Shown: in pieces, positions 1-8,751 of the stretch
Layout of the letters: each line of letters begins with the position of its first letter
Position numbering within the stretch: position 1 is the first letter of the stretch
From: Bacteroidota bacterium
GTDB taxonomy: Bacteria > Bacteroidota > Bacteroidia > Bacteroidales > VadinHA17
Assembly (NCBI GenBank): GCA_022561875.1
Contig: JADFQJ010000001.1
Span: 96,501 to 160,500 of the forward strand
Length of the DNA stretch: 64,000 bases
Direction: 5' to 3'
Notes under the pieces: generated by a model
Seen by the model: the letters and a program-made list of their open reading frames with translations, nothing else
The model's database searches: none
What the model was told of the DNA's origin: nothing
Program-made: the position numbers and the translations under genes

Positions 1-162
1 AAGGAATTCGAGTTTTCGTGCATTACTTTGGAACCCGTTAAAACGTTCAAGCTCAGATGCAGAAAAATTAACCTGATCGAGAAGCAACTGAATATCTTCA
101 GTAATCTCCCAGATTCCCAATAAACTTCCATCTTCCAAGGTTTTTTTCAGGATCACTGCCAT
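1..162 (-). CDS. 4'-phosphopantetheinyl transferase superfamily protein, N-terminal part (runs off window start)
   Basis: Not in the ORF track. Manual translation from ATG at 162 gives MAVILKKTLEDGSLLGIWEITEDIQLLLDQVNFSASELERFNGFQSNARKLEFL, open to position 1. The GIWEITE...RKLEFL pattern and the position after gldD fit the Bacteroidota Sfp-like family. Confidence 0.7.
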   Translation of the reverse strand, partial: MAVILKKTLEDGSLLGIWEITEDIQLLLDQVNFSASELERFNGFQSNARKLEFL

Positions 163-232
163 GATTAACAACCCTTTTTCTTCCAGAAAAACCGGAGCAA
201 GATACTAAAAAATATATCACCAAATCCGCGAT

Positions 233-883
233 TTATTTTTTCCAGTTCACAGTTTCTATCAGGTGTACAATATCCTCTTTAATAAAAGCTATCACAGGTG
301 CAAGGGAATCTTCATCAGGCTCTGTCATGAAGTACAAGGCACCTCTTAAATAATGATATGTGCTGTCTGTTAACCAGAATTGCACAGAAGAGGCTGCATC
401 TCCGCGAATATCGTACAATATACCATAAACTCTGTTCTCTTCGTTTTGGTAAAAATCTTCATTAATAGCATCTGCTTTTATCGTGTGTTTATAAACCAGG
501 ACATGAGCATCTTCAATCATCTCTTCGAGATTGCCGTTAACCTGTTTGTAGCTAATATGTATATTAGCATTATATTCCGGATAAGATATGTTAATCCAGC
601 ATGGTTCAGAGTTTAAATCGGTATCAGCTGTAATTTTTGAGTAGAACGGATACTCAAAAGTATAGTGGCAAGCAGAATCGAAAAGACGGTAGTTTTTTTG
701 TGGCAGGTCGATCCTGAAATATCCATGCGGCTTTGGAATTGTTTGTTTTTTACATGCCGATCCACTTAACAGAAAAGCCAGCAAAAAAGAAATGAACAGG
801 ACCGGTATACCGGATATTTTAATGTATAGTAATTTCAAAATTATTCGTTGCCTTTGCGAAGCTATGTTTTTATTTCTTTTCAT
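233..883 (-). CDS. gldD: Gliding motility lipoprotein GldD
   Basis: Lipobox (LSGSAC) followed by PKPHGYFRIDLP; HTIKADAI, GDAASSVQF and YLRGALYF motifs; directly downstream of gldE. Start uncertain (883/889/907). Confidence 0.9.
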   Translation of the reverse strand: MKRNKNIASQRQRIILKLLYIKISGIPVLFISFLLAFLLSGSACKKQTIPKPHGYFRIDLPQKNYRLFDSACHYTFEYPFYSKITADTDLNSEPCWINISYPEYNANIHISYKQVNGNLEEMIEDAHVLVYKHTIKADAINEDFYQNEENRVYGILYDIRGDAASSVQFWLTDSTYHYLRGALYFMTEPDEDSLAPVIAFIKEDIVHLIETVNWKK

Positions 884-2219
884 CTTCATCCTTTGAAAAA
901 CCTTCAATTTTGACTTTTACTTCTTTAATACGACGGTTATCTACCGAGGTAACGTTGAATACAAAGTTCCTGTATTTAATTACATCATCTTTCGCAGGAA
1001 TTTTTCCTTTTATTTCAAGAATAAGTCCGGCGATTGTATCAGCTTCACCTTTTACCTTATCAAAAATATCAACATCTGATCCGGTAATCTTGTAAAAATC
1101 ATTCAGTTGTGTTTTTCCTTCAAACAGAAAAGTATGTTCGCCAAGCTTCTTGTAAGTAATTTTTTCCTCGTCATATTCATCTGTTATCTCACCCACGATT
1201 TCCTCCAGAATATCTTCCAGCGTTATTAATCCGTGTGTCCCTCCGTATTCATCCAGAACAATGGCCATATGTATCTTTTTGGTCTGGAATTCTTCAAGAA
1301 GGTCATTTATCTTTTTTATTTCAGGTACAAAATAGGGTGGACGAATAAGAGATTGCCATCTGAAAGTATCAGGTTTGTGCATATGGGAAAGGAGATCTTT
1401 TATATACAATATTCCTTTTATGTTGTCGAGTGATTCAACATAAACAGGTATCCTTGAGTAGCCTGAAGAGATGATATCAGGCAGAAGCTCTGTAAATTTC
1501 TTATCGATATTAATTGCAAAAATATCCATTCTGGCTTTCATTATCTCTTTTACATCAATATTCCCAAATCGTACAATGCCTTTAAGGATTTCTTTATCTT
1601 CAATCATTTTGGTTGATGGAAGATCGAGTGCTTCAGACAGATCATCCATGGAAATACTCTCCTTTGACCGGGGAAATTTTTTCCGGATAATGGATGTTGA
1701 TGATATCAGGACCAGACTTATTGGTTTAAAAATTTTATCCAGAATTATAAGAGGTAAAGCCATTAACCTGGCAAATTTTATTGCAAATTGTGTTGCATAT
1801 ATTTTGGGAAGGATTTCCCCGAAAAACAAAAGAAGGAAAGTGATGATCACCACCCGGAAAACAAAACCGGGCACCCTTACTTCTGATAGATCAACCACTC
1901 TGTTGATAATATAGTTTGATATTATTACTATTCCAACATTAACAAAATTATTGGATATAAGGATAGATCCAAGTAACCTTTCAGGCATTTTATATAATCT
2001 CAGGATCCGGTCTGTCTTCTTGTCTTTTTCCTGGTTGAGCTTATTAATATCTGCCGGTGAAAGTGAAAAATATGCGACTTCCGATCCGGAAATGAGCGCT
2101 GAACATATAAGCAGCAGGATTAGTACTGTTAGCCATATAAATATATCCGGGTCAAAAGGGTAGAAAAAAATTTTGCTGCTTATTAGCGGCATCCACGAGT
2201 AGGGATCATCTGTTTCCAA
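870..2219 (-). CDS. gldE: Gliding motility-associated protein GldE (CNNM/DUF21-CBS-CorC hemolysin-like)
   Basis: SGSEVAYFSL, FGEILPK, tandem CBS (YSRIPVY, DEYGGTHGLITLEDILEEIVGEI) and CorC tail; located between ssb and gldD. Confidence 0.9.
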   Translation of the reverse strand: METDDPYSWMPLISSKIFFYPFDPDIFIWLTVLILLLICSALISGSEVAYFSLSPADINKLNQEKDKKTDRILRLYKMPERLLGSILISNNFVNVGIVIISNYIINRVVDLSEVRVPGFVFRVVIITFLLLFFGEILPKIYATQFAIKFARLMALPLIILDKIFKPISLVLISSTSIIRKKFPRSKESISMDDLSEALDLPSTKMIEDKEILKGIVRFGNIDVKEIMKARMDIFAINIDKKFTELLPDIISSGYSRIPVYVESLDNIKGILYIKDLLSHMHKPDTFRWQSLIRPPYFVPEIKKINDLLEEFQTKKIHMAIVLDEYGGTHGLITLEDILEEIVGEITDEYDEEKITYKKLGEHTFLFEGKTQLNDFYKITGSDVDIFDKVKGEADTIAGLILEIKGKIPAKDDVIKYRNFVFNVTSVDNRRIKEVKVKIEGFSKDEDEKK

Positions 2220-2255
2220 ACTAAATGAAAATATGTTAATTTCTTATTTGATGGA

Positions 2256-2741
2256 CTAAAAAGGCAAATCGTCTTTTCCTTCGGCGGTTAAAGTATCCTG
2301 GTTATCAGATTCACCAGCGGACCGGTCCTTTTCGGGAGCTGTATTATCCTGCTTATCAAATTTATCAACAGGTGTATCTTCATCAGAGGGAGGTGGAACA
2401 TTGTTTCTGTCACTCTTGCGTCCCAGCATTTGCACATTGTCTCCGATAATTTCTGTAATATAACGTCTATTTCCATCCCTGTCATCGTACGACCGTGTTC
2501 TTATCTTTCCTTCTATGTATAGCTGAGTCCCCTTGTTTACATATTTTTCAACCACTTCGGCTAATCCTCTCCACATAACAATATTATGCCATTCAGTGTT
2601 TGTAACCTTTTCACCTTGTTTGTTCTTATACGTTTCACTTGTTGCAAAAGGGAAGCTGGCAACTACTACCCCGCTGTCCAAATATCTCACATCAGGGTCT
2701 TTTCCAACATTACCTACCAGAATTACTTTGTTTATCGACAT
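2256..2741 (-). CDS. ssb: Single-stranded DNA-binding protein
   Basis: INKVILVGNVGKDP, TEWHNIV and acidic C-terminal DDLPF. Confidence 0.97.
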   Translation of the reverse strand: MSINKVILVGNVGKDPDVRYLDSGVVVASFPFATSETYKNKQGEKVTNTEWHNIVMWRGLAEVVEKYVNKGTQLYIEGKIRTRSYDDRDGNRRYITEIIGDNVQMLGRKSDRNNVPPPSDEDTPVDKFDKQDNTAPEKDRSAGESDNQDTLTAEGKDDLPF

Positions 2742-2763
2742 AATGTTTAATTTCTTTTAATTG

Positions 2764-2771
2764 CAAAAATA
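2764..2771 (-). promoter_or_regulatory. Bacteroidota sigma-A -7 box for ssb-gldE-gldD
   Basis: TATTTTTG on the minus strand matches TAnnTTTG, about 22 nt upstream of the ssb ATG. Confidence 0.55.
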
Positions 2772-2815
2772 GTAAAAAAAATAGTTAAGTATTTCGTTTA
2801 TTGTTGGAAATCTTT

Positions 2816-2823
2816 TATATTTG
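2816..2823 (+). promoter_or_regulatory. Bacteroidota sigma-A -7 box for hup
   Basis: TATATTTG(CA) matches TAnnTTTG, about 53 nt upstream of the HU ATG. Confidence 0.6.
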
Positions 2824-2876
2824 CACACTTGATGTAGAATTCATTGTAATATGTTGATAACTAAAGATTTTAAAAA

Positions 2877-3164
2877 ATGACAAAAGCAGACATTGTAAAC
2901 GAAATTTCGAAAAATACCGGTATTGAAAAGGTAACAGTACAAAAGACAATTGAGGCTTTCATGGAAACAGTTAAAAATTCACTTGTCAAAGATAAAAATG
3001 TTTATCTTCGTGGATTTGGCAGTTTTATTGTGAAAAAAAGAGCTAAAAAGACTGCAAGGAATATTTCAAAGAATACTACTATAATTATTCCTGAGCATTT
3101 TATACCTGCCTTTAAACCTTCAAAAACATTTGTCGGCAAGGTGAAGAATAATGTAAAACGTTAA
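2877..3164 (+). CDS. hup: DNA-binding protein HU / IHF family
   Basis: MTKADIV, VYLRGFGSF, KTARNI and PAFKPSK motifs. Confidence 0.93.
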   Translation: MTKADIVNEISKNTGIEKVTVQKTIEAFMETVKNSLVKDKNVYLRGFGSFIVKKRAKKTARNISKNTTIIIPEHFIPAFKPSKTFVGKVKNNVKR

Positions 3165-3203
3165 TAGCGATTTCTGATAATTACCTCGCAAATTAGTTGA
3201 TTT

Positions 3204-3296
3204 ATGCCTAGCGGAAAGAAGAAAAAGAAGCATAAGATGTCGACGCATAAGCGTAAGAAGCGCCTGAGGAAGAACAGGCATAAAAAGCGGAAATAA
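3204..3296 (+). CDS. Small basic ribosomal protein bS22-like (AURKAIP1/COX24 family), 30 aa
   Basis: Below the ORF-track cutoff. Manual translation: MPSGKKKKKHKMSTHKRKKRLRKNRHKKRK*, matching the family pattern K..HK.KK..R..RH. Confidence 0.85.
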   Translation: MPSGKKKKKHKMSTHKRKKRLRKNRHKKRK

Positions 3297-3339
3297 AAAT
3301 CCGTTTCCTAATTCATTTATTAATGTGTTTTTACTGTTG

Positions 3340-3367
3340 AACCTGAAGGCGTATTTGCCTTTAGGTT
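3340..3367 (+). terminator. Stem-loop between the bS22-like gene and rng (terminator or processing site)
   Basis: AACCTGAAGGC-gtattt-GCCTTTAGGTT, an 11-bp stem with one G.U pair; the T tail is weak. Confidence 0.45.
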
Positions 3368-3424
3368 TAATTATTTGTGGTGTGGTGGACAAGTATATGG
3401 TTGATAAATTAACCTGAGGATATT

Positions 3425-4975
3425 GTGAGCCAGGATTTTGTTATTGATTTCTCTCCCTTTGAGATAAATAGCGCCCTTCTTGAAAACAAACAATTAGTTG
3501 AATTTAAGAAGGACAAGACTGATCTTAAGTTTTCCGTTGGAGATATTTATCTTGGAAAAGTAAAAAAGATAATGCCCGGACTGAATGCTGCATTTATTGA
3601 TGTAGGGTATGGGAAAGATGCTTTTTTGCATTACCTGGATCTCGGGCCGCAATTCGGTTCGCTGAAAAAATATCTTGGTACTGCTATTAGTCGTCAAGGT
3701 AAAGTCCCGTCATTACATCGTTTCAAAAACGAACCGGATATCAATAAAAACGGGAAGATCAGTGATGTCCTGAAGGTTTATCAGTCCGTTATCGTTCAGA
3801 TTACAAAAGAACCTATTTCGACAAAAGGACCCAGACTGAGCTCTGAAATATCTCTTGCCGGCCGGAATCTTGTACTTATGCCCTTTTCTGATAAGGTTTC
3901 TATTTCTCAGAAGATTGAATCGCCAGAGGAAAAAAACCGGCTAAAAACCCTTCTGCAGAGTATTAAGCCCAGGAATTATGGTGTGATTGTAAGAACAGCA
4001 GCTCAGGGTAAAAAGGTGGCACTTCTTGACTCTGAGTTACGTAACCTGGTTGTCAGCTGGGAAAAAGTTTTTTTTCAACTGAAAGAAGTTACTTTACCGA
4101 AATTAATGATTGGCGAACTTAACCGCACAGCTGCTCTTCTGCGGGATATCCTTAATGTTGATTTTTCCAGTATCAATGTAAACGACTATTCTCTCTACAG
4201 GGAGGTGAAAGAATATATTAAAACCATTGCCCCTGAGAAAGAAAAGATCGTAAAGCTTTATATGGGTAAAACTCCCATTTTTGACCAGTTCGGAATAACT
4301 AAACAGATTAAAGCGCTGTTTGGTCAAACCGTCTCTTTTAAAAACGGGGCTTATCTTATAATTGAACATACCGAAGCCATGCACGTTATTGATGTGAATA
4401 GCGGAAACCGGTCAAAATCCGGAAACGATCAGGAAGCAAATGCTCTGGATGTTAACATGGCTGCTGCTAAAGAGATATCAAGGCAGCTACGTCTACGGGA
4501 TATGGGCGGAATAATTGTAATCGACTTCATTGATCTGCTTTCGGCTAAGAACAGGAATACGGTTCTTGAGAAGATGAAGGTAGAAATGAAAAACGACCGT
4601 GCAAAACACAACATCCTTCCGTTATCCAAATTCGGACTTATGCAAATCACTCGCCAACGGGTCAGGCCTGAGATGAACATTACTACAACAGAAAAATGCC
4701 CTGCCTGTCATGGTTCCGGAAGTATTACTCCCTCATTACTATTCACCGAAAAACTCGACGACCAAATCAAGAATATTGTAAAAGATCTCAAGGTATCAAA
4801 ACTTATATTAAAGGTGCATCCAATTATTGCCGCCTTCCTTACCAAAGGTATCTGGTCTTTGAATCTACAGTGGAGCTTAAAATATAAGTGCAGAATTAAG
4901 ATAAGGGAAATTCAAACCTATAATTTCCTGGAATATCACTTTTTCGATAAGTTTGGTGACGAAATCACAAAGTAA
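3425..4975 (+). CDS. rng: Rne/Rng family ribonuclease
   Basis: S1 domain (GDIYLGKVKKIMPGLNAAF), catalytic IDVNSG, RLRDMGGIIVIDFID and Zn-link CPACHG; GTG start. Confidence 0.92.
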   Translation: MSQDFVIDFSPFEINSALLENKQLVEFKKDKTDLKFSVGDIYLGKVKKIMPGLNAAFIDVGYGKDAFLHYLDLGPQFGSLKKYLGTAISRQGKVPSLHRFKNEPDINKNGKISDVLKVYQSVIVQITKEPISTKGPRLSSEISLAGRNLVLMPFSDKVSISQKIESPEEKNRLKTLLQSIKPRNYGVIVRTAAQGKKVALLDSELRNLVVSWEKVFFQLKEVTLPKLMIGELNRTAALLRDILNVDFSSINVNDYSLYREVKEYIKTIAPEKEKIVKLYMGKTPIFDQFGITKQIKALFGQTVSFKNGAYLIIEHTEAMHVIDVNSGNRSKSGNDQEANALDVNMAAAKEISRQLRLRDMGGIIVIDFIDLLSAKNRNTVLEKMKVEMKNDRAKHNILPLSKFGLMQITRQRVRPEMNITTTEKCPACHGSGSITPSLLFTEKLDDQIKNIVKDLKVSKLILKVHPIIAAFLTKGIWSLNLQWSLKYKCRIKIREIQTYNFLEYHFFDKFGDEITK

Positions 4976-7063
4976 ATGATGAAAAGAAGTTACACCATAA
5001 CCCTGATATCACTTCTGTTAATAAGTGCAAATGCCCTGTTTTCCCAGATCCTCGATCCAGTGGATTGGGGGTTTACCTATAACAAAACGGCAGAGAAAGA
5101 GTATGAGCTGATTTTTACGGCTAATATTGATGATACCTGGCATCTGTATTCGCTGAATTTGCCAGACGGAGGACCAATACCTACTTCTTTCACCATAAAC
5201 GAGTCAGATCATTTTGAGTTAATTGGAGAAGTTGAGGAAATTTCAGAAGCAAAGGAAATATACGATCCCAGCTTTGACATGAACGTGAAACTTTTCAGTG
5301 ATGAAGCGGTTTTTATTCAAAAGGTCAGACTTCTAACAGATGGGGCTGTTACAATTACAGGAAGTGTTGAATTTATGAGTTGTGACGACAAAAGATGCTT
5401 ACCTCCCAAAGATGAGGAGTTTATATTTAAGCTTGAATCGACAGATGTAGTACAGGTTAAAGATACCGAGACTGAAACCAGGGAACAAGACGGGAACAGT
5501 ACGGAATATTTTCAAAGCAAGGTTGATCTGAAAAGTGGAGCAGTTGAAGAAACCGGAGCTATAGTTAATGCTTCAGGTGCAAAACCAATCAAGGAAGGTT
5601 CATCCATGCTGGTTTTTTTCTTTCTGTCAATGCTTGCCGGATTTGCCGGTATTCTTACCCCTTGTGTATTCCCCATGATTCCAATGACTGTTGCTTTTTT
5701 TAGTCGTGGAGACAGTAGCCGTGGAAAATCACTTGCACAAGCCTTTATTTTCGGACTATCAATTATTATGATCTATACTTCGATAGGTCTGATAGTATCA
5801 CTGACTAGTGCAGGTGCTGATTTTGCCAGCAACCTAAGTACGCACTGGATCCCTAACCTGATTTTCTTCCTGCTGTTTATGGTTTTTGCAGCTTCATTTT
5901 TCGGAATGTTCGAGTTGGTTTTACCAAACAAATTGATAAACAGGGCTGATAAGCAAGCAGACAAGGGGGGTTTTATAGCTGCATCCTTTATGGGGCTTAC
6001 TACTGTTCTGGTTTCATTCTCATGTACCGGACCAATAATTGGCGCATTGCTTGTGGAGGCAGCCAGTGGCGAAGTGATAAAACCAACACTGGGAATGTTC
6101 GGATTTTCTGTAGCATTCGCTTTACCTTTCACACTGTTTGCGATTTTCCCCTCATGGATTAATAATCTTCCCAAATCAGGCGGATGGCTCAATTCGGTTA
6201 AAGTTGTGCTTGGATTTATTGTGCTCGCCTTTGGCTTGAAATTCGTCTCAACTATTGATCAGGGCTACCATCTGGGTATTATGAGCAGGGATATTTTTAT
6301 TGCACTCTGGATAGTGATATTTAGCTTAATGGGACTCTATTTGCTGGGGAAAATAAAGTTTGCTCATGATAGTGAGGTCCCTTTTCTAAGTGTTCCAAGA
6401 TTGGTTTTTGTAATAGCTACTTTCACTTTTGTGGTCTATCTGATCCCCGGATTATTTGGTGCACAACTAAAAGCTGTTTCCGGTTTGTTGCCCCCAAAAA
6501 CAGCTCAGAAATTTGATCTTAAATCAATAATATTCAACACTTCTGATGTAACTTTTTTAAGTAATTTGAATGAACCGGGTGCATTATGTGAAGAACCTGA
6601 ATATGCTGATTTTCTGCATCTGCCACATGGTTTAACAGGGTATTTTGATTACCGGCAAGGTCTTGCATGTGCGAAAGCTTTGAATAAACCGGTGTTTCTG
6701 GATTTTAAAGGCCATGCCTGTAGCAATTGTAAAGAGATGGAAGCAAAAGTCTGGTCTGATCCTGATGTGCTTAGACGATTGAAAGAAAATTTTATCATTG
6801 TTGCACTTTATGTTGACGACCGAACGAAATTGGCTGAAGAAGAATGGATTACATCTCAATATGATGGGAAAATCAAGAAAACTATCGGTAAAAAGAATGC
6901 TGATTTTCAAATCTCCCGGTTCAGGACAAATACACAACCGTATCACGTTATACTTGATCACAATGAGAATGTACTGGTTATGCCAATGACATTTAATCTG
7001 AATATCGGTGAATATATTGATTTCCTGGATGCCGGTCTTGAAAAGTTTGAAGAAGGGGAATAA
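4976..7063 (+). CDS. dsbD: Thiol:disulfide interchange protein DsbD family
   Basis: Signal peptide, N-domain CDDKRC, membrane domain LTPCVFP...FSCTGP and thioredoxin-like CSNC. Confidence 0.9.
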   Translation: MMKRSYTITLISLLLISANALFSQILDPVDWGFTYNKTAEKEYELIFTANIDDTWHLYSLNLPDGGPIPTSFTINESDHFELIGEVEEISEAKEIYDPSFDMNVKLFSDEAVFIQKVRLLTDGAVTITGSVEFMSCDDKRCLPPKDEEFIFKLESTDVVQVKDTETETREQDGNSTEYFQSKVDLKSGAVEETGAIVNASGAKPIKEGSSMLVFFFLSMLAGFAGILTPCVFPMIPMTVAFFSRGDSSRGKSLAQAFIFGLSIIMIYTSIGLIVSLTSAGADFASNLSTHWIPNLIFFLLFMVFAASFFGMFELVLPNKLINRADKQADKGGFIAASFMGLTTVLVSFSCTGPIIGALLVEAASGEVIKPTLGMFGFSVAFALPFTLFAIFPSWINNLPKSGGWLNSVKVVLGFIVLAFGLKFVSTIDQGYHLGIMSRDIFIALWIVIFSLMGLYLLGKIKFAHDSEVPFLSVPRLVFVIATFTFVVYLIPGLFGAQLKAVSGLLPPKTAQKFDLKSIIFNTSDVTFLSNLNEPGALCEEPEYADFLHLPHGLTGYFDYRQGLACAKALNKPVFLDFKGHACSNCKEMEAKVWSDPDVLRRLKENFIIVALYVDDRTKLAEEEWITSQYDGKIKKTIGKKNADFQISRFRTNTQPYHVILDHNENVLVMPMTFNLNIGEYIDFLDAGLEKFEEGE

Positions 7064-7095
7064 GCAGAAAGCATTTTCCTAAACGCACATGTCAT

Positions 7096-7136
7096 ACCCG
7101 CCAAGCGGTTTAAAACCGCTAGGCGGGTTTCTTTTT
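7096..7136 (+). terminator. Intrinsic terminator / REP-like palindrome after dsbD
   Basis: ACCCGCCAAGCGGTTT-A-AAACCGCTAGGCGGGT long GC-rich stem followed by TTCTTTTT. Confidence 0.75.
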
Positions 7137-7197
7137 ATCGAACCGGAAAAATATATTCATTTGTTAGTTTTTCTAACCACTTCATCCTTCCAATGGG

Positions 7198-7234
7198 TTT
7201 CGTGCTACGTGTGTTTCGTGTTACGAGTTATGAG
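7198..7234. repeat. Degenerate heptamer tandem array
   Basis: TTTCGTG CTACGTG tg TTTCGTG TTACGAG TTATGAG. Confidence 0.45.
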
Positions 7235-7269
7235 TTGATGAATTTTAAGCATAATAAGTATACGGAATA

Positions 7270-7382
7270 TTGCGAACAAAGTGAAGCAATCTCTCCCGGC
7301 TTTCCGTAAAGCTCATGATAGTCTATTTATTTGGCATTCTGGTTGTTCTTGAGAGATTGCTTCGTCACTACGCTCCTCGCAA
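7270..7382. repeat. Palindromic REP/MITE-like element (TTGCGA...GAAGCAATCTCTC / GAGAGATTGCTTC...TCGCAA)
   Basis: Perfect 13-bp inverted repeat at 7283-7295 / 7351-7363, plus outer TTGCGA/TCGCAA arms, around a 55-bp spacer. Confidence 0.7.
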
Positions 7383-7418
7383 AATCCTTTTTTACTCTTT
7401 AAAATCCGGTTAAAACTG

Positions 7419-7465
7419 CCTCCTTCGTTACAAAGTCCACCTTCACTGCGTTACGGCGGACAAAG
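7419..7465. repeat. Nested short palindromic repeat
   Basis: Inner GTCCACCTTCACTGCGTTACGGCGGAC (7435-7461) is flanked by ACAAAG direct repeats and preceded by the half-element CCTCCTTCGTTA; related to 63198-63250. Confidence 0.5.
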
Positions 7466-7493
7466 CATTATTATGGATAAAATCTTTCCCTAA

Positions 7494-7526
7494 ACCATTG
7501 TATGACTATTATATGACCATTGTATA
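7494..7526. repeat. 11-bp tandem repeat x3
   Basis: ACCATTGTATG ACTATTATATG ACCATTGTATA. Confidence 0.6.
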
Positions 7527-7652
7527 ACTTCTTTAATGACTTCCTGCAATGCATCACCACAGCACAACTCTAAGTGCTTAAAAAAAAGTAACAATGGACA
7601 AAATAGACTATATTACAAGCATGGTGTTCTGTGGAGAGTATACGTTTGAAAT

Positions 7653-7763
7653 AGTGCGCTTTAGCGTACTTTTTCCAATAATCATCATTTGATTTAAAAG
7701 TCAGCTGAAGCTGACTAATACATTATTGTAATGTGCTTATTTACACCATACTGAAGCATGGTG
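7653..7763. repeat. Cluster of three short hairpins sharing a CT(G/A)AAG centre
   Basis: AGTGCGCTTTAGCGTACT (7653-7670), AGTCAGCTGAAGCTGACT (7699-7716) and CACCATACTGAAGCATGGTG (7744-7763), spaced about 45 bp apart. Confidence 0.6.
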
Positions 7764-7863
7764 CTGGTTTTACTGACCGCTTATTGTAATCTAACGTGAG
7801 TTCGAAATAAATATAAACTGTTAAAACGGTTACCGGTTTATGGGATGGTTTGTGTTATAACCA

Positions 7864-8289
7864 CTAACAGCTGACATTCAAAGTCTTAATATATGTTTCA
7901 GGAGTTAATACTCCTGATTCACTTTTTTTATAATCTTTCAAATTCCTTGTTAATATTACACTAATGTTACCATGTTTTCTTGCTGAAAAGTTTTGCAAAG
8001 CATCCTCAAAATCATTAAATCCGGAATTTAAGGCATTCATAACTACTTCCTTATCCATAATCAAAACATCAGTAATCAGGAGTAATTGTTTTAATTTATC
8101 AATCACTTTGTTATGCTTTGCTGTTTGCCTCAGAAGATAGTAAGCATTACTACAAATAACCGGTGTTACAAAGCCTTTTATTTTGTTAGATTCACATAGA
8201 GAAATAATCTTCGTTGCATATTCGGAAAACGGCTGTCTGTCAAAGAAAAAATCAAGAATTACATCTGTATCTATAAGTACTCTATCCAT
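7864..8289 (-). CDS. PIN-domain (VapC-like) toxin
   Basis: VLIDTDVILD, DFEDALQ and ILTRNLKDY acidic PIN motifs; 1 nt downstream of the antitoxin gene. Confidence 0.88.
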   Translation of the reverse strand: MDRVLIDTDVILDFFFDRQPFSEYATKIISLCESNKIKGFVTPVICSNAYYLLRQTAKHNKVIDKLKQLLLITDVLIMDKEVVMNALNSGFNDFEDALQNFSARKHGNISVILTRNLKDYKKSESGVLTPETYIKTLNVSC

Positions 8290-8290
8290 T

Positions 8291-8539
8291 TTACAAATAT
8301 TTTTCTGATAATTTCTTTGTCAACTCTTTTTTATAGTCAAAATCAACCGGAGCCTTAAATGAGCCTCTTAGGGATTTTGCTATTGGAGTCGGTTCTATTG
8401 CAGCTTTATCATTCTCACTTATAATAATCTTAAAATAATTCTCTACAATATCAGAGAGGCTTCGACCTTTTCCCTTTGCATACCGCTTTGCCTTTTCTAT
8501 GAGAGTTTTCTCAATTGTTAATGTTAATTTTGTATTCAT
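8291..8539 (-). CDS. Ribbon-helix-helix antitoxin (DUF6364-like)
   Basis: MNTKLTLTIEK...AKRYAK..GRSLSDIVENYF; directly upstream of the PIN gene. Confidence 0.82.
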   Translation of the reverse strand: MNTKLTLTIEKTLIEKAKRYAKGKGRSLSDIVENYFKIIISENDKAAIEPTPIAKSLRGSFKAPVDFDYKKELTKKLSEKYL

Positions 8540-8751
8540 AACACTCCTTTTTTAAAATAAAACTATACGTGTAAAGTTACAAAAAATATCTCAAAACCCG
8601 TATGTTATTTTCAAATATTGCACGTGCTTCACCTGCCTGGTGCTAAAACATTATTGGCGATAGTTGCATTTTTACTTAATTACCAAATCATCGGGATTTT
8701 GTCTGCAAACCCAGATAGAATGAATTACTATATCATTTCTGTCAGTCAGTA

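Noticed and set aside
3120-3392. 90-aa minus-strand ORF between hup and rng
   Set aside because: It is antisense to the bS22-like gene and the end of hup; the plus-strand 30-aa ORF explains the region.
7845-8670. Possible integron attC-like ends around the TA module (GTTAGTGGTTAT at the PIN stop; ACTATCGCCAATA upstream)
   Set aside because: There is no properly paired RYYYAAC...GTTRRRY hairpin and no integrase; too degenerate to support.
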